A DNA stretch of 64,000 bases from an uncultured Candidatus Saccharibacteria bacterium (GTDB lineage Bacteria > Patescibacteriota > Saccharimonadia > Saccharimonadales > Saccharimonadaceae): assembly GCA_963514625.1 (NCBI GenBank), contig CAUPTB010000001.1:57890-121889 (forward strand), read 5' to 3'. The translations under genes were made by a program, and so were the position numbers. The notes under the pieces are model-generated. The model saw nothing but the letters and a program-made list of their open reading frames with translations. It was not told the origin of the DNA and did not search any database. Below are positions 8,501-18,294 of the stretch, one piece after another. Position 1 is the first letter of the stretch. Each line of letters starts with the position of its first letter.

Positions 8501-9649
8501 TTAGCTAGTGTAAATCTGTCTGATTAGCCGGCGGTAGACCTGGTAGGTGTCCTTAATTCTAGCCAGTGAGACGGATTCATTGATGGCGTGGGCTTGGTCG
8601 AAATCACCCGGACCATAGATAACAGTCTGAGCGCCAATAGCCTGAAAGAAAGCTTGATCGGTGGCTCCGTAGCTGACGGCTGTTGACGCCTCAGGCAAGA
8701 TGTGCTGCATCGCTCGTAAGATCGATGCATTCTCGTCGCACAGGGCGGACGGCACAGGATCGGCGGCATAGCGCCAGGAGAAATGATACTTGCTAGCTAG
8801 TTGATCCAGCCAACTGTCGAAAGCCTGATCCAGCTCGGGTGTGGTGCGAATATCGACGGCGATGTAGCTGGCGCTGGCGGTCTTGTTACTGGAATACACT
8901 CCGGCCGGCTCAATACGGGTCGGAGTAAAAGTCGGCTCCCCTAGAGCGGGATGGTAATAAGTACGATGTAGCTCAAGTCGCACCCTGATCAGATCATTCA
9001 TGAAGGTGATTAAAGGTGGCAAGGAGCTGGTACTATAAGCACTCTCCTGGGAGGCGTGACCGGACTTGCCCTCAAATAGTAGCTGAACGAAGCGATTGCC
9101 TCTATGCCCCAGCTCGATGCGCTGATCAGTCGGCTCAGCGATGATGCAGCTAGCTTGGTCGTAAGAGGTATTTTGAGCGAAGTACTTGGCGAAGTCAGCT
9201 GAGCCGGCTCCGTCTACCTCCTCGTGAGCTACGGCAACACACCATAGATCCAGGTCGTCTCGGCGCTCAGTCAGATAGGACTGAGCGGCGATCATCTGAA
9301 TAGCGACGCCGGATTTCATATCACTGGCACCAAGCCCGTAGAGGCGATCATCCTTTGTACGAGGTTGCCAAGGACTACCCTGCCAGGCCGACTCGTCGCC
9401 GGCGGGTACGGTATCAATGTGTCCACAGAGGAGCAGTGCCTTACCGGCGGGTTGACTAGCTTTGGACTTACCTCGGATAAGACCGGCGGTGAAACGCTCC
9501 TTGGTGATAACTTGGTCAAAGCCGGCTTGATCCATCCACTTAGCGACGAAGCTAAGGATCTCCGCCTCGTCATCCGACACTGAGGGGATGGTGATAAGCT
9601 GCTTAGTTAATGCGATGGCGTCTTGGGCGCTCGGTTGGTGCTGTTCCAT
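8501..9649 (-). CDS. M20-family metallopeptidase/deacylase (ArgE/DapE-like)
   Basis: LCGHIDTVPAGD, GLGASDMKSG, AHEEVDG and a GH..NE tail, the classic M20 pattern. Confidence 0.8.
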   Translation of the reverse strand: MEQHQPSAQDAIALTKQLITIPSVSDDEAEILSFVAKWMDQAGFDQVITKERFTAGLIRGKSKASQPAGKALLLCGHIDTVPAGDESAWQGSPWQPRTKDDRLYGLGASDMKSGVAIQMIAAQSYLTERRDDLDLWCVAVAHEEVDGAGSADFAKYFAQNTSYDQASCIIAEPTDQRIELGHRGNRFVQLLFEGKSGHASQESAYSTSSLPPLITFMNDLIRVRLELHRTYYHPALGEPTFTPTRIEPAGVYSSNKTASASYIAVDIRTTPELDQAFDSWLDQLASKYHFSWRYAADPVPSALCDENASILRAMQHILPEASTAVSYGATDQAFFQAIGAQTVIYGPGDFDQAHAINESVSLARIKDTYQVYRRLIRQIYTS

Positions 9650-10296
9650 ACCATTACAGTATCACAACAGCCATAACTTTTGTCAGTGGCTTGGCCGTAG
9701 AGAGGGCAGGTCTTGCACAGCTCCAGCGCCTCAGGTGGGATTTCGGTGGCGTAGGTAATTTCTCGTCCGGCTAGGCTTTCGGCGATTGGTAGGCTGTCGG
9801 CATTACAAAATGCATACGGCGTCAGCCCCTCTGCTTCAGTAGCTTGCAGAATCTTGCCAAATAGTACCGTGCCGATGCCGTGACCTCGGAGTCTGCGACT
9901 GACCTTGAGCGAGCCGACCTCAGTCATCCGACGAGTGGTGCCGGCGCAAGTGTGTTCTATCGGTGTCATCGCTCCGACATAACCAACCAGTCGGTCGGCA
10001 AAGTTGGCTACCCCATCTCCTTCGGTGGATGCGGTAGCGAGGCTAGACTCGGTAGAGGCAGGCTGAGGCGGCTCCAGGGCGATGACAGCGGCATGACGCT
10101 CGGCGATTGCCTCGGGTGTGACGGATAGCATCTGCTTGTCGTCTGCTTCTTGACGATTAACGAAGTCAGCGATAGCGACAGTAGCTAGTCGGATCTGCCG
10201 ATTATTCATGACGGAAGTAAGCTCGTTAAACTTGACAATCTCCAGCTGGACGCTATGGTCAGCGGACTGTGGCGTGGTGGTAATTAACTCGGACAT
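9607..10296 (-). CDS. GNAT-family acetyltransferase with Cys-rich C-terminus
   Basis: Acetyl-CoA motif RRLRGHGIGTVLF. The C-terminal CKTCPLYGQ...CCD is a possible metal site. The 3' end overlaps the next gene by 43 nt. Confidence 0.6.
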   Translation of the reverse strand: MSELITTTPQSADHSVQLEIVKFNELTSVMNNRQIRLATVAIADFVNRQEADDKQMLSVTPEAIAERHAAVIALEPPQPASTESSLATASTEGDGVANFADRLVGYVGAMTPIEHTCAGTTRRMTEVGSLKVSRRLRGHGIGTVLFGKILQATEAEGLTPYAFCNADSLPIAESLAGREITYATEIPPEALELCKTCPLYGQATDKSYGCCDTVMVWNSTNRAPKTPSH

Positions 10297-10564
10297 ATCT
10301 GCTCTAGTATGCCATAACCATGATATAAATGCAAGTAGCTGTCAAGGGGCATTGACGGATAAGGCATTCTAGTGTAAGCTATGTAATAGCGTAAGCCATA
10401 TGGTGAGCTACAGCTAGTAAGTGTCGTTTTTCCGGCATCGATCCATACGCAGCCATAAGGCACTCTACGGGGTGCTTTTGTCTTTGTGCTTCTAGTATCA
10501 TACTTTTAGGACTATTTCTAGCAAAATGCTAGTGTCTGGGCGGTAAACCTGTATAATATCTAGT

Positions 10565-11170
10565 ATGGGAAACGGTCAACAAGACAGGTCATCTTGGTCT
10601 GAGTTGATTATCTTTAGTGTCGCTATAGTGCTGATCTTGGTGGGTGTGTGCCTGTACATTAGCACTACCCTGCGCCGACCGGAGTCGCTAAGCATGGTTG
10701 ATCGGGGTAGCTTTCCTGACCTCCCGACTAAGGAATTGTCTCCACTCAGGGCGAAAGTGGTCGGCATCTTGCGCCAGCAATTTGCCAAGCCTCAGCCCGG
10801 CACTTACTATAGCCAGGGAGAAAAACAGAGCTGGTGTGTCAATTTCGTTAGCTGGGTGGCGCACGAGGCCGGGGCGTCACTGACCAACCCACATAATGGC
10901 GGCTGGCGGATCTCGGGCGTACGTAGCCTAGAGGCGTACTATCGGGCAGCCGGTAGATTCCACGATCGGGGTGATAACTATCACCTGCAGCCGGGAGACC
11001 TGATCTTTTATGATAAAGGTAGTCAGCGAGACGAGCATGTCAACTTCTTCCTGAAATACGACAAGGGTAAGGCCGTCACTATCGGCGGCGACGAAGGCGA
11101 TACCATTATGGTGCAACGGTTTGACTTCGGTAATGACGGCCCGATCAAAGGCTTTGCAGCGCTTGAATAA
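10565..11170 (+). CDS. Membrane-anchored CHAP/NlpC-type cell-wall hydrolase candidate
   Basis: N-terminal TM (LIIFSVAIVLILVGVCLYI), the Cys motif QSWCVNFVSWV, and a downstream DEHVNFF His motif. Confidence 0.55.
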   Translation: MGNGQQDRSSWSELIIFSVAIVLILVGVCLYISTTLRRPESLSMVDRGSFPDLPTKELSPLRAKVVGILRQQFAKPQPGTYYSQGEKQSWCVNFVSWVAHEAGASLTNPHNGGWRISGVRSLEAYYRAAGRFHDRGDNYHLQPGDLIFYDKGSQRDEHVNFFLKYDKGKAVTIGGDEGDTIMVQRFDFGNDGPIKGFAALE

Positions 11171-11411
11171 GCTTGGCACTTGTGGATTGGAATGTAGAAA
11201 ACGGAGTCATGTATTTATTGAAAGAAGCAAACTTATCAAAGAAAGTTCTATACTGGAGAAGTATAAGCTGTTTATCCCAAAAGCTTGGGGCAATATGGAT
11301 GAAAGAAGCGGGTATATCGGCGGATCTTTCTCGGAGATATTGGTAGCAAATATGGACTTGATGACAGAGAAATCCGCTTCATTGAGGAGAAAGTGAAAGA
11401 GATGGAGTAAA

Positions 11412-11906
11412 ATGACTAAGACCATCATTTGTAAAGACGTTTACGGTAATCAATACACCGTTCCCGTTGACGAGCTGAATATTCGTGTGGGCGTGTACGC
11501 AGTTATTATTGAGGATAATAAGATTCTTTTGACTCGGCAATGGGACGGCTATAGCTTGATTGGCGGCGGTGTCGAAAAAGGCGAAACGATTGAGGAGTCA
11601 ATTGTCCGCGAAGTCAAGGAAGAAACTGGGCTAACCATCATGCCGGATAAAATCATTCATCAGGCAACCACTTTCTTCAAGCGCAATGCCGAGGCGAAAG
11701 CTAATCAGTCAATTCAGCTGTACTTCACCCACAGCCAGCTGTACGGGCAAGTCAATAACGATAACATAACCGACAGCGAGAAGACCTACACCAGCGGCAT
11801 ACCGGAGTGGGTTGATCTGGATAAGATTGACGGCATAAACTTTCGGCATAGCGTGAGCCTAGAGACAATCATGAGGGCGTATCGCAAGGCTAAAAATTGC
11901 CAATAA
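11412..11906 (+). CDS. NUDIX hydrolase
   Basis: Nudix box GGGVEKGETIEESIVREVKEETGL. Confidence 0.8.
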   Translation: MTKTIICKDVYGNQYTVPVDELNIRVGVYAVIIEDNKILLTRQWDGYSLIGGGVEKGETIEESIVREVKEETGLTIMPDKIIHQATTFFKRNAEAKANQSIQLYFTHSQLYGQVNNDNITDSEKTYTSGIPEWVDLDKIDGINFRHSVSLETIMRAYRKAKNCQ

Positions 11907-12094
11907 AAGAAGCGATGGGTTTGTGACATTAGTTCTAGAGTGCGTTATCTTGCTGTAATCCGGGCATGGAATCAGTGGAATGACACTCTCCTGCCTGCCC
12001 TTGTGCTACAATCAAAGTCATGAAAGCTGCTAGACCGATAGGTGGATGTCATTTTGATCGTGAGCGATGACGGAGTCGGAGTTTCTTAGAACAG

Positions 12095-12343
12095 ATGGCT
12101 AACATTGCGGCGGAGGTGGGGCGAACTTTCTCGGCTAAGCGTCGTGGCGACGAGGAAGCGATGACCGGGGCGCTGTGCCGTGGTCTGGACCTGATCGACG
12201 CTACTGCTGAGATATTAGCCGAGCAAAAGTCGCCTCGGCTACGTGAACTCTTGCGAGCTCGGGAGATTTTTGCCGGTCTAGAGGACGAGTCGATCGAGGA
12301 CTACTTCATGCAGTATGCTCTGACCCTGCGTAAAGACAGGTAG
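12095..12343 (+). CDS. Small hypothetical protein (possibly a truncated helical protein)
   Basis: ORF only, with no clear RBS. Confidence 0.3.
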   Translation: MANIAAEVGRTFSAKRRGDEEAMTGALCRGLDLIDATAEILAEQKSPRLRELLRAREIFAGLEDESIEDYFMQYALTLRKDR

Positions 12344-12422
12344 GTGATACCGCCCCCTACTATTTTTCGGTATTTACGGCCAGTTTTCTTGGCCCAAGAG
12401 ATAAAGACAGACAAACCAAATC

Positions 12423-12441
12423 TGCGCCCTGCTAGGGCGCA
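12423..12441 (-). terminator. Intrinsic terminator after the 12471..13061 gene
   Basis: TGCGCCC-TGCTA-GGGCGCA, followed on the minus strand by GAUUUGGUUUGUCUGUCUUU. Confidence 0.65.
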
Positions 12442-12470
12442 AATATTGATCGTTAGCTAATCTAGTCTGA

Positions 12471-13061
12471 CTATTCGGTCAGCGTTTCTTTGACTCGCTT
12501 GGAGACGCAGAAGTAGAGGCAGAGCAAGCCGGAAACGATTACTTGACTGGTGAGGCTACTGATAGCATTCACTATGTCAGTGGTCGTATCAAACCCATTG
12601 CCGGGTGCGCCAACAGTAGTAACTATAATATTTATTACCGAGTGCAATAGCGTGACGAGGTAGGTGGCGATGGCCAGCCGTTTACCCAACTTCTTTTGCA
12701 TATTAATCGTCACCACAGCTGAGATGGACAGTGCGACGATGATAGGCGCCATAATAGCCGAGATGACAGAGGTGGCAACAGAGAGATTTAATAGTGAATT
12801 GAAGAAGATACCGACATAGATCAGGGCGTCGATGGCTAGAATGACCATGAAGAAAGCTAGCCAGCCCTTGACTCCTTTCAGCGATGGAGCCATCACTACG
12901 TATTGTACCGGCGCAGCCTGAGGCTGAGCGAAGTACTGCTGATTGACGGACTGCTTCTCATAGGGTGTCTCGGCCGGTGCCGGAGCTGGGCCAAATAGCT
13001 GCTGGGCGGCGTTTGGCTTAGGTGCTTTTGGTTGTTTGGGTTGTTCATTTTGTTTATCCAT
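12471..13061 (-). CDS. Small polytopic membrane protein, paralog 1 of 3 (DUF2569-like, tentative)
   Basis: MDKQNEQPKQP, a Q/P-rich N-terminus, GWLAFFMV, 4-5 TM helices, and the C-terminal LYFCVSKRVKETLTE. Confidence 0.7.
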   Translation of the reverse strand: MDKQNEQPKQPKAPKPNAAQQLFGPAPAPAETPYEKQSVNQQYFAQPQAAPVQYVVMAPSLKGVKGWLAFFMVILAIDALIYVGIFFNSLLNLSVATSVISAIMAPIIVALSISAVVTINMQKKLGKRLAIATYLVTLLHSVINIIVTTVGAPGNGFDTTTDIVNAISSLTSQVIVSGLLCLYFCVSKRVKETLTE

Positions 13062-13123
13062 GATGTTCTCCTTTATTCTGGTGACTATTATACCACGAGC
13101 CTAAGCATATCAGTTAAGTGCAC

Positions 13124-13702
13124 TCACCCGACCAGTGTCTCCTTGACTCGCCTGGAGATACGGAAGTACAAACAACACAGAAAGGCGGCAATAGCCTGCA
13201 TAATGGCAATGCAAATGGAGATCATCACTACGCCCGTTCCTAAGCCGTCGATAAGTGCATCGGTGACAGCCATTAATATCGTGTGTAGGAATGATGCGAT
13301 AAGAGTGGCGATGGCTAATTGTCCGCCCAGCCTCTTTCGCCGGCTGACCATGACCGCAGTGGCAATGGCTAGCGTAACGACGATGGGTGCCGTGATGATC
13401 GAGATAATTGCATACGGCTGGCTAATGTCGAGTAGCGAGGTGAAGAACATGGTGGCGGAGACCAGAGCACCAATGGTGACGACAACCATAAAGAAGGCTA
13501 GCCAGCCTGCGACATCCTTAGGCGGTGGCGTCGCTAATGCATACTGCACTGGTGAAATCCGGGGTTGAGCGGAGCTCTGCCGGCTGACGGGTTGCCTCTC
13601 ATGAGGCATTTCAGTTGAGATAGGTGCCGGATCGGATAGTTGCTGAGGAATATCCGGCTCGTGTAACACCGGTTGTTTGGGCTGCTTATTTTGTTCATTC
13701 AT
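13124..13702 (-). CDS. Small polytopic membrane protein, paralog 2 of 3
   Basis: MNEQNKQPKQP...GWLAFFMV...LYFRISRRVKETLVG. It has its own upstream -10 box and RBS. Confidence 0.7.
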   Translation of the reverse strand: MNEQNKQPKQPVLHEPDIPQQLSDPAPISTEMPHERQPVSRQSSAQPRISPVQYALATPPPKDVAGWLAFFMVVVTIGALVSATMFFTSLLDISQPYAIISIITAPIVVTLAIATAVMVSRRKRLGGQLAIATLIASFLHTILMAVTDALIDGLGTGVVMISICIAIMQAIAAFLCCLYFRISRRVKETLVG

Positions 13703-13777
13703 AGTGCTAGTCTCTCCTGCTTCGGTAATGATTATGCTATGAGCCTGGGGGGTGGGTATCAGGCAAAGTGTGTTAGC

Positions 13778-14437
13778 TTACTCGACCAGTGTCTCCTTGA
13801 CTCGCCTGGAGGTGAAGAAATATAAGCAGAGTAGTCCGGCTATGGTCGCTATGATGATGACGAAGCTAACGATATTGATGGTAATGGCGATAGGCTTCAC
13901 ATAATAGCTATGACCAGCCGCACTGAAGGCGACGTATACGCATAGCACCTGGTGGACAAAGTAAGAGATGTAGGTGGTGATAGCCAGATACTTGCCCAAC
14001 TTCTTTCGCTGGCTGATCGCCACTACGGTGGCGATGGCCAGTACTGCTACAACGGGCGCCATAATAGCGGACATCATGTAGGATGATTCGTCGTCGCGTA
14101 TTGGCAAGACGTTATCGGCGAAAGGGAAAAGTAAGTCAGAAGGAAGAAATCGCGGTTTGTTAATCTTGGTCAGTGTGTTAAAGAAGACACCGAGAAAAAG
14201 AAGCGCACCGACGATAAGGACGACCATAAAGAAGGCTAGCCAGCCTGCGATACCATTGAGGTGTGACGAGCTTGTCGCCGTGGGTTGCGCCGGTATAGCC
14301 TGAGACTGAGCTGGGCGCTGTTGACTAGTAAGCTGTTTCTCTTGAGACGACTCGGCTAAGCCCGGTTCAGGCAGATAAGCGGTGTTGCTCGGCTGATGTA
14401 AGCTTGATTGCTGAGATTGCCCATCTTGTTTGTCCAT
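13778..14437 (-). CDS. Small polytopic membrane protein, paralog 3 of 3
   Basis: MDKQDGQSQQ...GWLAFFMV...LYFFTSRRVKETLVE. It carries a roughly 25-aa insertion relative to its paralogs and has an upstream TGGTATAAT. Confidence 0.7.
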   Translation of the reverse strand: MDKQDGQSQQSSLHQPSNTAYLPEPGLAESSQEKQLTSQQRPAQSQAIPAQPTATSSSHLNGIAGWLAFFMVVLIVGALLFLGVFFNTLTKINKPRFLPSDLLFPFADNVLPIRDDESSYMMSAIMAPVVAVLAIATVVAISQRKKLGKYLAITTYISYFVHQVLCVYVAFSAAGHSYYVKPIAITINIVSFVIIIATIAGLLCLYFFTSRRVKETLVE

Positions 14438-14534
14438 ATAGTGTTGTAGACCCCCTTACTCTAGTGGCTATTATACCATGAGTCGGATGCGCTAAGCGGG
14501 GTGCCCGGCTCGTGAGATGGAATGCTAGCTTAGT

Positions 14535-15245
14535 CTACATCGCCTTATTGGCAATGGATTCGGCGACTTTCTCGGTGGGTTTAGTGTGGCTGGTTAGATT
14601 GACTGCCATGGCGGCTACCCCTCGCATGAGAGCCCGCTTCCTGGCTCGCAGGACGTCTTTCTTGGTCAGGCCTTTTTGTTGATTTTTCTCAGATAATGGA
14701 GCTAGGCGAATGGCTCGTCCGGCCAGGACGAAGCCTCGCCCTTTACTGCCGACCAAGCTCTCAATCATGCTCCAGCGACCGGTCATGTTGATCTCGTACT
14801 GATGATATTTGTCGCCGGAAATGCGACCTGCCTCTGCCATGTCCGCTTCTGCTTGATGAACGGCGCCTATCGCCTTCTTGGCCAGCTCAGGATCTTGCCT
14901 CTGCCCGGCCAGGTACGCCTTGGTGGCGAAGATGCCGACGTAAGAGGCTGTAGCCGAACGCTCCCGTAGCGTCTCGGGAGTGCGGTTCTCGGCTACTCGG
15001 TCGTCATGAATCCGGTAGGCTTGCTCCATATAGTCGCAGGCTATGTCGTCTCGCCCGAGGTGGTCATTGGCGGCACCCATATTACGGTAGACAGCCGCTA
15101 AGATTGACTTATTTTCATCGCTATGTAGCTCGTCGGAGGCTATCGCTTCCCTGCCGTGCTCCAACGCCTCGTCGAAATGGCGACGAGAAATCTCATTAGT
15201 CAAACCGTTGAGGTGTTCGTTTAATTTGGGGCTAATTTCGCTCAT
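14535..15245 (-). CDS. Hypothetical helical protein
   Basis: ORF of 236 aa with no recognised motif. Confidence 0.5.
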   Translation of the reverse strand: MSEISPKLNEHLNGLTNEISRRHFDEALEHGREAIASDELHSDENKSILAAVYRNMGAANDHLGRDDIACDYMEQAYRIHDDRVAENRTPETLRERSATASYVGIFATKAYLAGQRQDPELAKKAIGAVHQAEADMAEAGRISGDKYHQYEINMTGRWSMIESLVGSKGRGFVLAGRAIRLAPLSEKNQQKGLTKKDVLRARKRALMRGVAAMAVNLTSHTKPTEKVAESIANKAM

Positions 15246-15435
15246 GATAATCTCCTATAGCTAAATTGATATAATGATAACACGTTATCTCTTATTGTCA
15301 AGAAGAGGCCTACATTAACGCAGCTTGAAGTCTTTAAGGCAAATTGTTGCAGTTAGGGTGTCAACTTAAGATGCGGACGTTGTGGTCTCTATCTCCGTGA
15401 ATAATGGTAGAATTAGATAAATAGGAGTGACAATT

Positions 15436-16038
15436 ATGAGTAAAGGTGTAATTTACATTATGACAACTGCGGTGTCAGGTCTGATCAAGATCAGTAAAAC
15501 GCAGGTAAGACAGTATCAGGAAGAGATGCGCTCTCTAGAGATGAACGGGTATTACAATGTATCTGGCTTGAAGCGCCAATTTGCAATTAAGGTGGATGAT
15601 TATTATGAAAAAGGAGCATTGCTACACGAGATATTTGCGAAACATCGTGTCGGTACTAGCGAGCTCTTTGCCCTTGACTATGACCTAGTTCGGCAGTTAC
15701 TGCTTTCGTTTGAGGGCGAGGTTGTTTATCCGACTCAGACAAACAAAGGAGTAGACTTTAGTGAGATTGCTAAGGCAAGGCAGAGCGACCATAGATTTAG
15801 CTTTTACAGAAAAGGACTTCATGATGGCGATGAGATAACTTTTATTAAGGACGAGACTATCGTGGCTAGAGTCGCAGGTGAACGTAAAGTTGCATATAAC
15901 GGACAGATCTGGTTTTTGTCGCCTCTGACGAGAAAGATTTTTGAGGAAAAGGGGCAAGTTAACAGTAGTGGCGCATATCAAGGGGCGGCTTATTTTTGTT
16001 TCGAAGGTAGAATCTTGAAGGATTTGCCTGATATGTAA
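15436..16038 (+). CDS. T5orf172/GIY-YIG-like domain protein
   Basis: GVIYIMTT..SGLIKISKT......ELF pattern at the N-terminus. The ATG at 15436 lies 8 nt after AGGAG. The gene sits in an AT-rich islet. Confidence 0.55.
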   Translation: MSKGVIYIMTTAVSGLIKISKTQVRQYQEEMRSLEMNGYYNVSGLKRQFAIKVDDYYEKGALLHEIFAKHRVGTSELFALDYDLVRQLLLSFEGEVVYPTQTNKGVDFSEIAKARQSDHRFSFYRKGLHDGDEITFIKDETIVARVAGERKVAYNGQIWFLSPLTRKIFEEKGQVNSSGAYQGAAYFCFEGRILKDLPDM

Positions 16039-16044
16039 CTGCGA

Positions 16045-16380
16045 ATGGGAAGGAAGAAGCTTTCAATGGATCCATCGACTATTAGCTTGACTGAATTGCA
16101 GAAACATCTGGATAAAACGTGCCGAGAGAATGGCTGGGATAAAAACTCAGTGACGCAGGTGTTTTTGCTTTTCCCAGAGGAGATTGGTGAGCTGGCCAAA
16201 GCCATTCGTAAGGAGACGGGCTTTAAGGGCGAAGCCAAGCCGGAGAATCACGACAATCTGCGGGAAGAATTCGCCGATGTCCTGAACTACCTGATGGAAC
16301 TGGCTAATCGGTTCGACGTTAATCTGGCGGAAGCTTATTTCGAGAAGCACGAGATTAATAGTCATCGGGAGTGGAAGTAG
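16045..16380 (+). CDS. MazG-like nucleotide pyrophosphohydrolase
   Basis: EEIGELAKAIRK and EEFADVLNYLMELANRFDVNL (the EEXXE/D metal motifs of the all-alpha NTP-PPase fold). It starts 6 nt after the preceding gene. Confidence 0.7.
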   Translation: MGRKKLSMDPSTISLTELQKHLDKTCRENGWDKNSVTQVFLLFPEEIGELAKAIRKETGFKGEAKPENHDNLREEFADVLNYLMELANRFDVNLAEAYFEKHEINSHREWK

Positions 16381-16506
16381 GGCCGTCTTGGCGCTCAGTT
16401 TCAGCGATGATATACGTAAAAGCATATTACATAGGTGACAAGCAGAGCTATGAGGCGACGACTCGCCTTTTAACCTGGCTAAAGTGGTAGTGTTATAATG
16501 AGCACT

Positions 16507-17490
16507 ATGGCAGAGATGACGAGCGAAACACAGCTATCCCCCGCTGATTTCAAGTATCTGGTGGAGCAGGCTGTCAAGGCGCCGTCAGGGCACAATACCC
16601 AGCCCTGGCTATTCCGGCGGAAGGGTATGGCGGTAGAGATTCACCCGGATTTTAGCCGGGCACTGAAGGTGGTGGATGCATCTCACCGAGAGCTATTCAT
16701 CAGTCTGGGCTGTGCGGCGGAGAATATTTGCCTGGCAGCTCATGCTAATAATTATGAAGTTGACGTTGCGACGAGCGATGCGGGTATCATCACTATCTCG
16801 CTAGCTAGGAGGACATTGGCACCGGATCCGCTCTTTAATCAGATAGATAAGAGACAGACGAACCGCAGTGTCTACAGCGGAGAGATGATCCCACCTGAGA
16901 CACTGACTAAGCTACAGTCTGTCTACATCGATGATGGCGTACTGCTCCACTACTATGCTCGTGGGACGACGCAGTTTAGTGCCATCGAACGACGTGTCCT
17001 AGAGGGCGATGACCGCCAGATGCAAAACGAGGACTTTAAGATTGAGCTAAAGAGCTGGATGAGATTTAATAAAAAGCATCAGGATCAGACGCCGGATGGG
17101 CTGAGCTACGCTGTCTTTGGTGCGCCGAATGTTCCCCGCCGGCTGGCGGAGCTAATTATGTCGGGTGCCATCAATGCTAAGTCGCAGAATAAAGCCGACC
17201 GTCGCAAGCTTGTCTCGGCCTCTCACCTGGTTCTCTTTACTACCAGAGACAATACTCTACGTGAATGGGTCAACTTGGGGAGGACATTACAGCGCTTCTT
17301 GCTGGCTGCTACTAGCCTGGGTGTCGCCCACTCGTACCTCAATCAACCGAACGAGGAGGCGGAAGTAGCGGAGGCCATGGCAAAGGACCTGGGGCTGGAT
17401 GGCGAGTACCCTACCATCCTGCTGCGAATCGGCTACGGCAAACCGCAACCATATTCCAAGCGACGAAGCGTTGAGGAGGTGATGAGGTAG
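16507..17490 (+). CDS. Nitroreductase-fold (Acg-type) FMN oxidoreductase
   Basis: APSGHNTQPW plus a tandem nitroreductase-like layout. The start is probably ATG 16507, 7 nt after TGTTATAAT (16491-16499), rather than 16498. Confidence 0.6.
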   Translation: MAEMTSETQLSPADFKYLVEQAVKAPSGHNTQPWLFRRKGMAVEIHPDFSRALKVVDASHRELFISLGCAAENICLAAHANNYEVDVATSDAGIITISLARRTLAPDPLFNQIDKRQTNRSVYSGEMIPPETLTKLQSVYIDDGVLLHYYARGTTQFSAIERRVLEGDDRQMQNEDFKIELKSWMRFNKKHQDQTPDGLSYAVFGAPNVPRRLAELIMSGAINAKSQNKADRRKLVSASHLVLFTTRDNTLREWVNLGRTLQRFLLAATSLGVAHSYLNQPNEEAEVAEAMAKDLGLDGEYPTILLRIGYGKPQPYSKRRSVEEVMR

Positions 17491-17605
17491 ATGGTCGTAG
17501 GCGCATATTTCTCCGGTGATTCGGATAGCTCGCTGCTCGCTACGCCGTGGCGATAGTACTTTCCTTCTGGCACATGGAGACTTTGCTACCTGGACAGCCT
17601 ACTAG

Positions 17606-18294
17606 CTAGAGCCGGACGCTATGGCTGATCTGATCTTGTGACGGGATGGCTTTGGCATGCTTGGCGACGTACTTGCCGAAGGTGCGACATCTCTTGGCAT
17701 AAAAGTCTGTAAACACAGAGGAAGAGAAGCTGGACTTAAGCTTAATATCTCCTTTTGTGGTATGAAGCACGGCAACTATCTTGCCGCCATTGTCGTAATA
17801 CTCGTAATGCTTCTTGGTCTTGGGCGCCGCCAGGGCAAACAAGCCAAGGACAGCCACTCGAGTGGCTGTGACTCGCTGGGTGGTGGTGACATTAGAAACG
17901 CCAGTGTCGGTAGACTTATCATAACTAAAGCCGCAAACATCTTTCCAATCAAAATGAGCCAGGAGTTTTTCCTCAGGCTGGTCGGACGGTTTATATCCTC
18001 TATTCCTAATCTTAATCCATTCAATGCGCTTGGCATTCTCTTGCGCCGTATGCTTATTGTCGTCCCACACGTCATAACGTTGTCGTCCCACACGTCATAA
18101 CGCCTCATCCAAACGCCATCTTCGTCAGCAATCAAGTGCAAACGCTTTTCTTCGCCATCCGGAGCTCCTTTGTAAGAGTCGTCGCAGTCAAAGGTGATAC
18201 CCACTCTCGGCTTAAGTCGTTCCAACCCCTTACACATCTTCTGGATCTCCCACCAGCCCGGGATATAAACCTTAGCCCTATTGCCGTAGTACAT
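17606..18294 (-). pseudogene. Hypothetical gene interrupted by a 23-bp tandem duplication (frameshift)
   Basis: Two overlapping ORFs (17606..18091 and 17776..18294) both encode RYDVWDDN. Removing one 23-bp copy gives a single 666-nt (222-codon) ORF. Confidence 0.8.
18057..18102. repeat. Perfect 23-bp tandem duplication
   Basis: TTGTCGTCCCACACGTCATAACG at 18057-18079 and again at 18080-18102. Confidence 0.95.

Noticed and set aside
11121-11396. 91-aa ORF in an AT-rich gap (…KYKLFIPKAWGNMDERSGYIGGSFSEI…), possibly a remnant of a restriction/modification-type gene
   Set aside because: No start context, an overlap with the CHAP gene's 3' end, and I cannot name a family with confidence. It may be a decayed fragment but is not supportable as a feature.
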